Shown piece after piece: positions 32,982 through 47,270 of a DNA stretch of 64,000 bases. The translations under genes were made by a program, and so were the position numbers. The DNA is from the human T2T-CHM13v2.0 reference genome, Homo sapiens. The stretch lies in assembly GCF_009914755.1 (NCBI RefSeq), contig NC_060941.1, one strand, 5' to 3'. How positions within the stretch are numbered: position 1 is the stretch's first letter; the number at the start of each line of letters is the position of its first letter. The notes beneath the pieces are model-generated. The model saw nothing but the letters and a program-made list of their open reading frames with translations. It was not told the DNA's origin and ran no database searches.

Positions 32982-35219
32982 CTAGTGGTGGAATTTCAGG
33001 CTTTGAGGCAGACAAATGGATGCAGGATATATTTTGGGGAAGGGAGACATCTTGTTATGATGTGTGGTAGCTGTGTATTTGCCACATGGCTCTCCACCAC
33101 AGAACTTCCCACATGAATATTACCTGCTTGGTGTATACTATACACATATAATGTCAACAAAACTCTCAGAATGAAGAGCAAACACATCTAATAAACATGT
33201 GGATTTTTAGAGCATGCAAGCTTTTTTAGGGAAAAAAATATGGAAGCATTTTCAGTGTCAAGTCTCACCACGAGGCAGGCTCTTCAAGCTGGAAGAAAGG
33301 CATCCGGAAATACGAGTTTGTCATGGAAACGCTGATGGGGCTTCAGCTGAGTGATGCTCACAGGTGCAACCCAGAATGGCACAGCCTCTTGTGGCTTATT
33401 TACATCCCAGCCTGCTGAACGAGCTCACTTTTCTTGTTGCCTGGCCCTGGGGGCTTCTTACCAGGAAGAACTGTGGCTGTGGCTGTGTTTCTTGGTGGAG
33501 ATTTTCAGCAGGAAATTACAGGGGGTCTTAGGATCAGTTTCACATCTGGGAGAAAGGCTCCTGGAGAGAGTGGAGAGATGAATGAAGTAAAGAAGGAAGA
33601 AAAGGAGGGAAGGAAGGAAAACATACTGATTCTAAGTGCCAGGACCTACCCAAGGAGAACACAGGCATCATCTTCATGTCTTCATCACCATCGGCTGTAA
33701 CCCAGTGAGGTACCTAAGGTTATCCCTGTGTTACAGAGAAGGAAACAGGCTGGCGGCACCCAGAGGGGAGCTGACAACCACATCCTTGGGTAGACTAGAT
33801 GGCCAGCGGTGCAAGGATTGGGAAGCTTCCCCTGAAACCACCACTTTGGCTGACACCAAAAACCCTAGAGCAGGGAACAAAGGCCTTCTCTTGACAAGCA
33901 GGGAGAAACCTAGAGAGGCCATTCCTCCTGGGAGAGCTGCATGCTGACTCCCCTGGGTCCTGTCAGGGTGGATGACTGACCACGACCCTGTGCTGCGGGC
34001 AGGCTATGGTCCAGGAGGGACACTGGGTCCTTGAAGATACAGGTTCTCTGTTCTTCCCAGCCGGGCTCCAGGAGTCACATCAGGAGCCAGAGAAGGGCAT
34101 CAGTTGCTTTATGGAGCCAATAGGTGGGGCCTAAGAGGCTGGGGGAGGGAGTTGGGAATAGGAAAAGGTTGTCTGCCTGCGGGACGTTTCCATTTGGCAG
34201 AGAAAGTGTGGTCCCTTAGGGGCTCTCAATCCAATCCGACAGGAGAGACAAGAGCTCTGCACACATGGAGTCCAAGAAAGATGGAGGAAAGAAGACACAG
34301 GCCAGAGATTCTAGGAGCTCACAGACTGGACAGGGAAAGACCTGTTTTTCCCGATCCTGGCCACAGACCCAGAGGTCCCAACCATCTTGGGAACTGCCCT
34401 GGACTCTGGCAAGAGTTAGGGTGAGACCCAGACCCCCCAAGTTCTCTCCTACACATCTACAAGGCCCCCAGAGTGTTCTTCTACAATGCTTTCTATCAGA
34501 GCCACCTGCTCCTGGGGGCTTGCAGCTTTGGCCAGGACCAGTGAGTGGCTCTGCTGGGAGGCTGCTCTAATTAGGCCCAGGGTCACTCCCCAGCCCCATC
34601 TGTCCTCAGCAACATGAGTCCCACCTTTTCCTCCTCACCAGGAGCCTTGGGAGCTTGGGAGACATTCCAAGGCTGGCTCTGACATGAATTTGCTGCACAG
34701 TGCGCCAGGCGATCAGAGCTGACTCCTCTCCCTTTTCCCTTGGAGGTGTTGATAGTAACAGCAGCGATGAGCTGCCAAGTTGGCAGGAGAACAGAGCGAC
34801 TGTGCACTGCGGATGGAGGGGGGCGGGAAGCAGCAAGCCGGCAGAGGGCTGGGCCAGAACGACAGTTTGTTTATCCTGAAATTGAAAGGGTCCCTCCAGT
34901 CTCAGCCACCAGCATCTTGCAGGAGGGAGGGTGACTTCCTAGAAGGTGGAGGCTCTGGTGGGAGGCCCAGGGTTGGTGATGTGGGTGTTGCTAGAGTCGG
35001 GTGGGTGGAAGGGATCTTTTGGTTGGGCCTGAAGCCATCAGCCAGCCTGGCCCCAGAGGCAGGACAGAGACCCACCTTTGTTCCTGCTGTTGAGGTGGCT
35101 GTGGAGTTTCTAAACTGGAATGGACCTGGGGTGGGGAGCTAGAGTTCTGAAGCTGCTTCCTCCTAAATATAGAGACCTCAAGGGGCATTTAGGAGGGTAC
35201 TCATGCTCTGTCAATCAAA

Positions 35220-35640
35220 CGAACCTGGGACCTTGGGCAAGTATTTGAATCCTTTGAGCCTCGGAGATTAAGAACATTTACTTTAAAGCTTTGTGTGGGG
35301 ATTCAATAAAGTAGTGACGGCAAAAATTTGTTTCCTGTTTACTCCAGGGCAGACATGGTGCTAAAAGCTTTCTGTTTGTGAAGCATTTAATCCTCAAACT
35401 TTATCAGGTGGGTACTATTTGTATTCCTATTTTATGAATGAAGTAACTGAGGCACAGAGGGGGTAAGCAGCTTACTCAGTGTCACAGAGCTAATGAGTAG
35501 CCACAATGGGGATTTGAACCTAGTGGTGTGTTGCTTAGGCCTATGTTCTCAGCCCATGTAGAAACTGTCTTCACAGTGCAACTGAGTTCTGAGCAGGGTG
35601 CCTGGCACAGAGCAAACATTTAATGAATGTTAGCTACTAT
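35220..35640. mobile_element. MIR nested in MIR
   Basis: ccttgggcaagt...tgagcctc and gtaactgaggcacagag cores in opposite orientations. Confidence 0.65.
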
Positions 35641-36123
35641 CATGACTCCCCTAGAGCAGTTCCAGACAGGGGACCTAGGCTCCTGATATCTATACCAGGG
35701 ACTCCCTGGGGTCCTAGGTTGTCCTCTTTCCATCTTTTGTCTATACTATCTTGCTCATCCTAGGAGCTGGAGGAACTTCTCTTTTGGAGAGATTGCTGCT
35801 GGTCTTCCCTGCTTCTCTCATCCCCTCCTCCCGAAGGCAGAGCAGAGGAATTCTCGGCTTCTTCCAGTTACCCTCAGCCTGCAAAGAAAACATAGTCTGC
35901 TGCGTCTGCTGCCAGTTCCTCTCTGGCGACAGCCACAACCCATTTGCTCAGCATCAGCCCCAGCCTGTGCTGTGGGTAGAGCCCGGAGCCTGGGGCAGGA
36001 CCCCAGTGCCCTGTGTGAGAGCCTGGGTCAGTTACTGTAAGGCTGGGCCTTGGGGGCCACTCAGAGGGAGAGGCATGGCCCACATAATTTCTTGAAGACT
36101 CTGGCTGTAAGAGTGGTGACTGA

Positions 36124-36450
<327 letters not shown>

Positions 36451-37051
36451 GCATAGACTCTTTTTAGGGTAGGAAATCCATTGTATAAACATGTTCTCAG
36501 TTTTGGAAGGTTCATTAATACAGCCATGCAAATTGGTAACCAGCTTTACAAGCTCACTAAACTGTGCTACTGGCCACCCTAAGGTGCCAGACAAAGAATC
36601 CTGTGCCACTTTCTGCGTGGCCAGAGCTACCTCCTGTCAGCTGCGAGATAGCCAAACCACAGCCAGGAGCCCAGATTACTGACTGCTCCCTAGGCCCGAA
36701 TTCTTCCCTGGGACGATGAAACATCAGGCATTTGTGTGGGGGAAAGGAACTGCAGTGTGGACACCTCAGAACAACACTGTTTTGTTTATGTAAGCTGTGA
36801 GGCATTGTGGGTGTGCTGGCTACAGAGTCACCCCCCTGTTTCCATCACATATGAGAACTGATGACAGGAGATCAGGTAGCGTTGGGAAGCTGGGGCTAAA
36901 ACTCTGCTATGGACTCAGAAGAAAATGGAATATTCTAAATATTATAGAATAGACACAGCAAGGATACAGTATCTTCTAGTTAGAAACTTTTAATTAAAAG
37001 AATGTTCACTCCATAGGGATCAGCTAGAACATGATGGTCAATAATTATAAA

Positions 37052-37214
37052 CAGCTGAGCATGGTGGTGTGCACCTGTAATCTCAACTACTAGGGAGGCT
37101 GAGGCAGGAGGATCACATGAGGCCAGGAGGTCAAAGCTGCAGTATGCCACGATTGTGCCTGTGAATAGCCACTGTATGCCGGCCTGGGCAACATAACAAG
37201 ACCCCATCTCTAAA
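37052..37214 (+). mobile_element. Alu monomer (FAM/FRAM-like)
   Basis: Single monomer with the 7SL-like tgtgaatagccactg motif; TSD aattat(a/g)aaca. Confidence 0.85.
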
Positions 37215-37469
37215 TTTTTTTTTTAATTATGAACAAAAAGGACAGTCACAACCCAACAATTCCTTTACGATGCTCACTACACAAGCAGCACTTAAGACTC
37301 CTTAGGCATGGGAGTACTCTCTGCCTGGGCCAGGGAGGTGGAAAGGAAACTGAGGCACCAAAGTAGAAGAGAGGTCCTGAGATGTTTCAAGGCACACATA
37401 GAAGGTAGTTGCCCATCACCACACAGGGCTGATCACCATCTTGGTCTCTGGGATCTAAAATATTCAACT

Positions 37470-37766
37470 TGGGTAGTAGTTCATTCTTGTAAACCCAGCA
37501 CTCTGGGAGGCCAAGGTGGGAGAATCGCTTGAGCCCGTGAGTTCAAAACTGGCCTGGGCAACATAGCAAGATCTCATCTCTACTAAAAATAAAAAATAAA
37601 TAAAGTTAGCCAGGCATCATGGCGGCACATACGTGTAATCCCAGCCACTCAGCTGAAGCAGGAAGATCCCTTGAGCCCAGGAGTTTGAGGCTACAGTGAG
37701 CTGTGATCGTGCTATGGACCCCAATTTGGGCAACAGAGTGAGACCCTGTCTCAAAAAAAAAAAAAA
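37470..37766 (+). mobile_element. Alu (J-type)
   Basis: Dimer; TSD attcaacttgg. Confidence 0.9.
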
Positions 37767-39589
37767 TTCAACTTGGTTTGTTGGAGATTTGCTTTTTCCA
37801 GTGTTGTAACAGAAGTCAGAAAGAGAAAAGAATGCCTTACAGTCAACTCGCTGGCACACACCTGTTCTGTAAAGTAAGTTACAAGGGTCTTAGTTTACTC
37901 TGCCCAGAAATGCATTTATTCTATGGACTTTGAGGGGCTCATTCACAATACATGACAAATCGTCTGAGGGGTGGGTGTAGTGGGAGACTCTCTCGAGGAG
38001 TGGAGAACAACTGTCTGCTTCCCGCTGCTGGTTCAATTTGGTGCCAAGCAGCAGTCAGAAGAAAGGCATGAAACCAGGCAAGGTGAGGAGCAAAAAGCCG
38101 GAGCTGAAAGCAGAGGGCAGAGTTGACCATGAATGAGAAAATTAAGGTCAAGGCAAGAGCTACAGGGTGTGGACACCTGCCTACCTGCCTGCCTGTGAGA
38201 GAACCCCATGGGACTGGGTGTCAGGAAGAGGGCATGCTCCCTAGCACTTGACCTCCTGGGATAGGGCACAGCGCAGAGGCAGGGGGATGCCCGGATGACC
38301 TGTGAGAGAGTTCTTTCCCTCTGGAGGCCTTGGGAGGAAGCCAGAATGGGCATGCAGAAGTGGGTCAAGGTTCAATTTTCCTGAAGAAGCCCTGAGCTGG
38401 AGACAGGATGCATTGACTTTTTATTTATTTATGAGGCTATCGATTATAATGCAGCTTTTCCACAGGATCCTGAGGCAGCTCGAGTTGGGAGAAGAAACCT
38501 CCTACCAGTTCACTTTCTCTGTCCTGGAGATGTCAGGTGTTCAGATAGGCTGCCTCCCTCCCTCCCTGGTGGTTCTCTCTCCTCTCCCTACCCCTCTGCA
38601 GCCCTCACCTCTGCACACCCTGAAGGATGGAGGCTCCAGAGAGTTCCTCTAGTCTCTCGGGTCTGGCTGTTCCGGGTTCTTTCCAATATTTAGGGCATAT
38701 TCCAATACCCCAAATCCTGAGAGCACAGGCTATGTGCTCCACATGAGTGGATGAAAGATTTCTCAGTTATAAAAGGCCTCTGAGATCTTCCTAGCAAAAC
38801 ACCTTTTTACTGAGAAGGAACAGAGGCCAAGGAGAAGTGATTTCTTCCAAGTCACACAAGGTGAGAGGCACAACCTGGACAAGAATGAGGCCTCTCGATT
38901 CCCCCAGGCGACAATCCTTTCCACTCTAGCACGCTGCCTCCCAACAGGATCCCTTTTACTTGAAGTGAACCCCCAGACAGATCCTTAATGCCCACTCTTC
39001 CCCCTCAGTCCAGGGTTGGGGTGCCCCTGAGCTGGGAATCACTCTCGGGAGACCTTGCTCTCTTTGGCATTCCCCCAGCAGGCCTCTCCTTATTTTGTTT
39101 TGCACTTGATGACATCTTTGCTCTCAGTCTTCCCCACTCCCAAAGAGGATCGAGGAGGTTCTGCTAACTGCAGAGCAAAACAGGGGGTCGTGATAATGAC
39201 CACAGGCCTGATCAGCCTCGCCTGGCCTCTCCCTCTGGCCTCCCCATGGGCCACCTTTCCTGAGGCCTCTTCCAGTCTTTGAGCCCCAACACTAGCCTTC
39301 TGGTGAGCAGAGATGCCATGTCCACTAGTTCCTGTGAACAGAAATGGCTCTTCTCTCTTGGCCCTGATTGCAGAGCTCAGTCTCCTGGCAGAGGCAGGAA
39401 GAGGCCTGCCCAGATGGACAGAATCTAGGATGCTGGCCAACACTGCACCATTCCCCGAAGGCTGCCTCCCCAACTTTGGAGACCCTGAATCTTGGCCTAA
39501 TTGGATATGGCTCTAAAGATGAGGGCCATTGCTTAGGGCTGGGCTGGCTCTTGGCCCTATCAAGATTGTCTCTGTCAGATGCAGGGCCA

Positions 39590-39704
39590 TGCACCTGTAG
39601 TCCCAGCTACTCAGGAGGCTGAGGTGGAAAGATCATTTGAGCCTAGGAGTTTAAGGCCAGCCCAGGCAATATAGCAAGACCACATCTCTTTAAAAAAAAA
39701 AAAA
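39590..39704 (+). mobile_element. Alu monomer (FLAM-like)
   Basis: Short monomer with A tail. Confidence 0.8.
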
Positions 39705-42700
39705 GACTAACACAAAAACAAAAGATTGCCTATGTCCCTCTACCTCTCCTTAAGTTCATTTTGCCATTCGTTGTTCCAGGGTTTAACCCCAGCCCAACTT
39801 ACTGTCTTTATTTCATATTTCTTCCCTTCCTACAGGCTATGCTATAGCCAAAAGGAATTTCATACAAGCACTGCATTTTCTTCCTTTATTCCTATTGTTC
39901 TATAATGTCCTACCTTCTTGCTCCACACAAGTCGAAAACTCATGTTATAAGCTACCTTCCCTGAGTATAGCAGCTGATGTTTGTTGAGCATCTACTATAT
40001 GCCAGGCACTGCACCTTTTCCTCACAGTGACCTCAAAATTCTCCCAATGTATCCTAGGGTTATACAATGAGTAGCAAAGTCAAGATTTGAACCCTGGCCT
40101 GTGTTCTTCAGAGTCCATACTCACAGCCGCTACACCATATTGCCTCTCAGGAAACAGGTGTCCTTCCCTACATTACCTTTCTCTGACTTAGGATTTGATT
40201 AGCACGTCCCTTACCACACATCACTTTTTGATTTTTACTGTAACTACTTAAATCATATCCCTTAGTTTCCTTATTAGACCACGAGCTCTTCAAAAGTAAG
40301 GGCTGGGTGACATTTGGTGTCCCCACCACCAGGCCCAGCGCTAGCACAGACAGGTTTAATTAACTGCATTTCAAATGAAGGAATGAACACATGACTGAGT
40401 GAATCTGAATTGTAGTGAGGGTTAAAGTCTGTCCATGGTGGAATAGGGAGCTGGAACTTGCTTTTCTGAAGGCCTCAGCCTCACGCCGCCTTTTAAAAGG
40501 CACCATGGGAAAGGAGGAGAATGGAAGAGTTTCATAGATGAGTGAGAGCAGGAGCACAAACCCCTGCATGTCTGTAATTACAGAGCCTCTTGATGCTGGC
40601 TGCTGTTGGCAGCATGCTGGGGAACGTGTTTTCAGTCCTCCAGGTTGGGAACTGCTGGTACTACTGATTGCTTTGTGTGATCTGACATGGCTGTGAAAGG
40701 AAAAGAAAGAAGGGGATAATAAAACCTCCGAGCAGTGGCCTTGCCAGCTGTAGGGCCTGCTCCAAGAGCAAGGGCCTCCAGTGTGCACCCCACCACTGAG
40801 ACTCGCTTTTGGTAGGGCAGAGGGGAATCTAGCCACCTTGTCTGTGCTGGACCCTTTTGGGAGCAGGATCTCCACATGGAGCAGCCCAGGGCAGGGTGGT
40901 CTCCGGCTGGGTTAAGGGCAGTGTCAATTCACCGGGAAACCTTCCAATTTGGGAAGAGGTTGCAGGAGGTGGTAAGGTGTAAAGTTCTGGGGAGAGGACC
41001 TGAAGTGTGGGCCTCATCTGCAAAGGAGGTGTGTGTGTGTGTGTCTGTGTTCACGCTTGCTTGAGTTAAGGGAGGGTGCCCAAAATGGGACTGTGCTCCG
41101 TCCTTTCAGGGCCCTGAGGTTCCCTGGTGGGTCTATTTTCTCCAAGGGTCTGTTCAAGATTTGGCTTTTCTGGGCAGGTTTAGAACAGGCAGATCTGGCT
41201 CCTGAGCCGTGGCTAGGAGGATGGGGCTCTGCCTTGATATGAATCCACCTTTGTGGAGAGAAAGTGCACTCTCACCCACCATTCCCAGCCTCCTTTCCAC
41301 AACTGCCTGTTCACCTCCTGCCCAAACCAAACAACAGCCTCAAAACACTTGCCTTCACATGACTTCACTTGACTTTTACTCTGATACTTGTATTTTCAGA
41401 GCCCATTTACACCCATTTGCCTGCTTCCATTCTTATAACAGGCCCTCCAGGGGTACAGAAAGCAAAGATTCTTTTTATTATAGGTGAGAAACTGAAGCCC
41501 AGAGAGGCTGTGTAACTTGTTTCAGGTCACGCAGCAAATTAGCAATGGAGCCCCAGGGTTCACTGCTCTGGCTTCATGACTCCAAGTTCTTTTCCTTCTT
41601 CAGTTCTAGGTCCCTACCCACCTGTCTCCTGAAAGGAAATCTTCACAGAGAAGCTCACGCTTCATTAGTAACATGCACATCAATTCTCCTGGTTCTGGGT
41701 CAAAAGCAACTCAAAACTGGCACCCTCCTTACTCTTTCCTCCTTATCTCCTTCCTCCATTTCTACCCACCTCCACCCCACTCTTAAGATGCTCATCTCCA
41801 GCAAGAATCCTCAATATGGCTCTTGCTGAAAATGTGGGGTAAACGCCAGGGTGCTTTCCTGGGAGGAGAGCCAGTGCTGTTTGTCCTTCCTAGGAAGGAG
41901 GAAAAGACAGCGGTGGCCTGGGTCCCAATAAATGGCCTGTCCAGGCCTGGAGAGGGGCTGAAGACAGGGTGATGTGTAAGGAAACTCAGGGATATGATTT
42001 AAATAGTTACAGGGTGATGTCTTACAAGTTTCCCTTTTCCTCACACCTCCCAGACTGGTAACCTAATGGTCACTGGATGGCCACCTCTTTAAGACTAAGA
42101 AGTCATCTAGCCTGGCTCTACCCTCCATTTGAAACTTTGTCTACATTTGGGATGTTATGCATTGATTCATTCATTTATTCAGCAAATACTTGTTAACGGC
42201 TGACTATGCACCAACGTTTGCTGTAGGTGCTGTCGACACCACAGTGAACGTGACAGGCAAGATTCCAAACAGTCTGAGAAAAGAACATTGTTCTTTGGCA
42301 TACTGTTTTTGGCGGTGAGGTGGGGTGGGCAGGATAGAGAAGTAATGGGAGCTCAGAGAAGCAGGATAGCTGAGAAGGCCTCTCAGGGAAGACATTTGTC
42401 TACGCTGAAGCTAGAAAGATGAGCAGACCTTTAAGCAGGCGAAGAGGGGCAAGAGTGTTCCAGGCACAGTGAACAGCATGTGTGCAGACCCAGAGGCTAC
42501 AGACCCATAGTACACTGAAGGAACTGAAAGAAGCACACATGACCTGAGTGTAGCATGCAAGCGGCAGATGAGGGGAAGAGGGGGTAAGAAATGAGGCTGG
42601 ATGGTGGGGCAGGGACTGGGTCAAGAAGGGCTTGAAAACCATGTTGAGTAGAATAAACTTTATCCTACAGACAATAAGCCACTGAAAGCTTTTAAGAAGA

Positions 42701-42764
42701 TATGTGACATGTTCAGATGCATGTTTTAGAAAGAGATTTTTTTGCTTTTGTGTGGATTGACAAT

Positions 42765-43384
<620 letters not shown>

Positions 43385-45412
43385 TGTAGAGAATGCATTT
43401 GACGAAGCAAGAATGGGTGTTAGGAGACGAGGGATGAAACTGTTGCAATTGACCTGGAAGATCATGATGACTTGAGGCTAGAGACAGGTTTCAGAGATAT
43501 GACTCCCAGATTTCTGTCTTGGGCAGCCAGCTGGATGCTAGGGCCATGATGAGATGGAGAAGTCAGAAAGAGGTTTGGGGGTGAGTGGATGTGGAAGGGT
43601 TGAAAGTGGTTGAAAGTGAGGAGTTCCGTTTTGGACATGTTGCATTGGAGGTATTTGTGGGGCATCTGCGGAATTTGTTTGATAGTTTTTCTTCACTCCA
43701 ATTTTTCTGACTGGGTACATGGTCACTCAGAATAAAAACCATGTGTGGACCTCTAAGTTCTGGCCAGAGGGATATAGGCACATGTATTGTGAATCCTGTC
43801 TGGGAAGTGTCTTGGAAGAGAAAGAGCATGCTCTGTCACAGCTTTCTCCTTCCTGCTAGAGGCTGAGTGGCCATCCTGGATCAGTTGAGGGTTGAGGGTG
43901 GCAGAATTATAGGTAGAAGAATCCTGAGACCCTGACACTGTGGATCCGTCACACCAGGCCTGGATTTAATACCTCTGCACTTCTATCTTGTTTGAGCCAT
44001 TTTATTTGGGATTTCCTTTTATTCACAGGAAAGGGATTCTAATGAATATAGCACTTAAATGGAGATGTTCACAGGGCAGTTGGATCTTATGGGTCTAAAG
44101 CTAAGGAGAGGGGTCTGGACAGGATATATATAGATTTGGGAATTACCAGTCTATAGTTGGTCATTGAAGCCATAGCAACATATAAGATCTCCAAGGAAGA
44201 ATGGTCTAGTGAGAAGAGAAAAGGATCTAGAACAAAACTCTGAGGAACACCAACATTTAAAGAATGAGCAGAGGAAGAGGAGCCTGCTAAGGAGACAAAA
44301 GGTGTAGCCAGAGTGGTAGGAAGAAAACCAGGGAAGTGCTACGCTATGGAAGGCTAGGGAGGAGAGAGTCCCAAGGAGGGACTGGTCAACAGAAAGCAGC
44401 CATCTCTGCTTGCTGCTATGAGTGTGACAGGGTCTGAAAAAAACAACTTAGGGTTCTGTTGCTGTCCCAAATCCCAACAGACTAGTCATGTCATCCTTCT
44501 GCTCATAACCCTTCAGTGGATTCTTAGTTTTTTCAGGATGAAGTTCTAGCTCCTTCGCAGATCCTTTGGGTCCCTCCAAAGTCTAGCCCTAACTCTTCTG
44601 TCCAGCCTGTTCCTTTCCCCCGTACACTGTGTCCCTGCCAGACTTGGCTTCCCACCATTCCCTGCCTTGGCTCATGATTTTTTCCAAAATTCTACCCACT
44701 CTTCAAGACTTACCTCAAATGCTAACCCCTCTGTTCCCTCATTCTTCCATACAGATTAATTACCCCTAACCCATGTTCCCAGAGCATTTTGCTCACTCTT
44801 AGTCGCAACCACCACTGTACTCTGACCTGTGCTAATAAAATTGATTGTACATATGTGTGTCTCCCCATTGACACTGTGGGTCTGAGCAGTCATAGCTGCT
44901 TCTAGCTGTTCATCTCCATCTCCCTCGGTGCCTCCTGCAGAGCTTGTTAGAGATGTTTCAGAAATGTCTATGGATTTAATGGAACTATTGTCCTCCCACA
45001 GACCCCAAGTAATAGTGTGATCTCTGTTTTCTTTGTCATAGTATTCCAGGGGTAGAAATGATAGGGGAGACACTAATATAGAGAACCCTGGTATGGAGGA
45101 AAACAGACATGTTGAGTTTGAATCCTGCTGCTCAAAGAAATTGTCCTAGTCTGTGTTTCCCTGACTCAAGTAGCTTGTATCAAGAACCACCTTAATAATA
45201 GAAAAGCAATAGAAAAAAAAATGAAACTAAAAATTGGTTCTTTGAAGAGATGAACAAAATTGACAAATCTTTAGCTAGACTGACCAAAGCAAGAAAAAGA
45301 GAGACAGAGAGAGAGAGAAGGAGGTGAGAAAAAGAGAGAGACTCAAGTTACTAAAACACTAAAATTAGGAATGAAAGAGGGAACATTATTACCAACCTTA
45401 AAGAAATAAAAA

Positions 45413-45757
45413 CGTGCAGCCATAAAAAAGAACAAGATCACGTCTTTTGCAGGAACATGGATGGAGGCTATCATCCTTAGCAAACTAATGCAGGGACAGA
45501 AAACCAAATACTGTGTGTTCTCACTTATAACTGGGAGCTAAATGATGAGAACTTATGAACACAAAAAAGGAAACGACAAACACTGGGGTCTACTTGATGG
45601 AGGAGGGTGGGAGGAGGGAGAGGAGCAGAAAAGAGAACTATTGATTACTGAGCTTAATACCTGGGTGATGTACAACAAACTCCTGTGACACGTGTTTCTC
45701 TATGTAACAAACCTTCGCATGTATTCCTGAACCTAAAATACAAACTTAAAAAAAGAA
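45413..45757 (+). mobile_element. 5'-truncated primate L1 3' end (older L1PA/L1PB type) nested in the L1M
   Basis: gcagccataaaaaagaac...gaacctaaaata 3' UTR; flanked by aaagaa(a/g)taaaa TSD-like repeats. Confidence 0.8.
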
Positions 45758-46092
45758 GTAAAAGAGATTTTAAGGAGATACTATGAACAAAGTGGATAGC
45801 CTAGATAAAACACACACATTTTTAGAAAGACACAGACTACTAAAACTCTCTCAAGAAACAGGTAATCTGAATAGGACAAGAAAAGAGATTGCACTATACT
45901 ATCGCAAAAACTTCCCACACAGAAAATTCCAGGCCCTGATGGCTTCACTGGTGAATTCTACTAAATGTTTAAAGAATTAAAATCAGTCCTTTATACTCTT
46001 TCAAAAATGGAATAGTAACACTTTCCAACTTATTTCATGAGTTCAGTATTACCCAGATACCAAAACCAGAAGACATCGTAAGAAAACTATCA

Positions 46093-46395
<303 letters not shown>

Positions 46396-46551
46396 ACCCA
46401 TCAATATCACTTATAAATATAGATGCAAAAATCTTCAACAAAATACTAACAAAATGAACATGGCAACATATAAAAAGGATTATACATCATGACCAAGTGG
46501 GATTTATCCCAGGAATGCAAGATTGGCTTAACATTTGAAAATCACTCAATA

Positions 46552-46860
46552 GGCCAGGTGCAGTGGCTCACACCTGTAATCCCAGCACTTTGGGAAGCCA
46601 AGGTGGGAGAATAGCTTGAGTCCAGGAGTTCAAGACCAGCCTAAGCAACATAGTGAGACGCTGTCTTTACAAAAAAAAAAAATTTTTTTAAATTAGCCAG
46701 GTGTCATTGCATGTGCCTATGGTCTCAGGTGCTTGGGAAGCTGAGGTGAGAGGATCACTGAATCTTGGGAGGTCAAGTCTGCAGTGAGCCATGATCACAC
46801 TACTGGGTGGCACAGTAAGACCCTTTCAAAAAAAGTAAAAAATAAGTAGAAAGAAAAAAG
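46552..46860 (+). mobile_element. Alu (J-type) inside L1
   Basis: Dimer; TSD gaaaatc..tcaat. Confidence 0.9.
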
Positions 46861-47270
46861 AAAATCTATCAATGTAATACACCATACTAATAATAAAGGA
46901 CAAAAGCCACATGATCATGTCAATAGATGCAGAACAAGCATTTGACAATTTGATAAAGTTTCATGATAAAAACACTCAACAAACTAGGGATGGGAGTGAA
47001 CTTCCTTAACTTGATAAAAGCACCTACAAACCTCCCACATCTAACATTAATGGTGAAAGACTGAAAGCTTTTCCCCTAAGATAGGGAAGAAGTCAAGGAT
47101 GACTGCTCTCACTAACCCTACTGAATAATATACTGAAGGTTCTATCTAGGACAATTAGGCAAGAAAAATGAATAAAAGACACCCAGATTTTAAAGGAAGA
47201 AGTAAAACTATCGTAGATGACATGATTTTGCATACAGAAAATGCTAAGAAACACACACATACACATTGTT

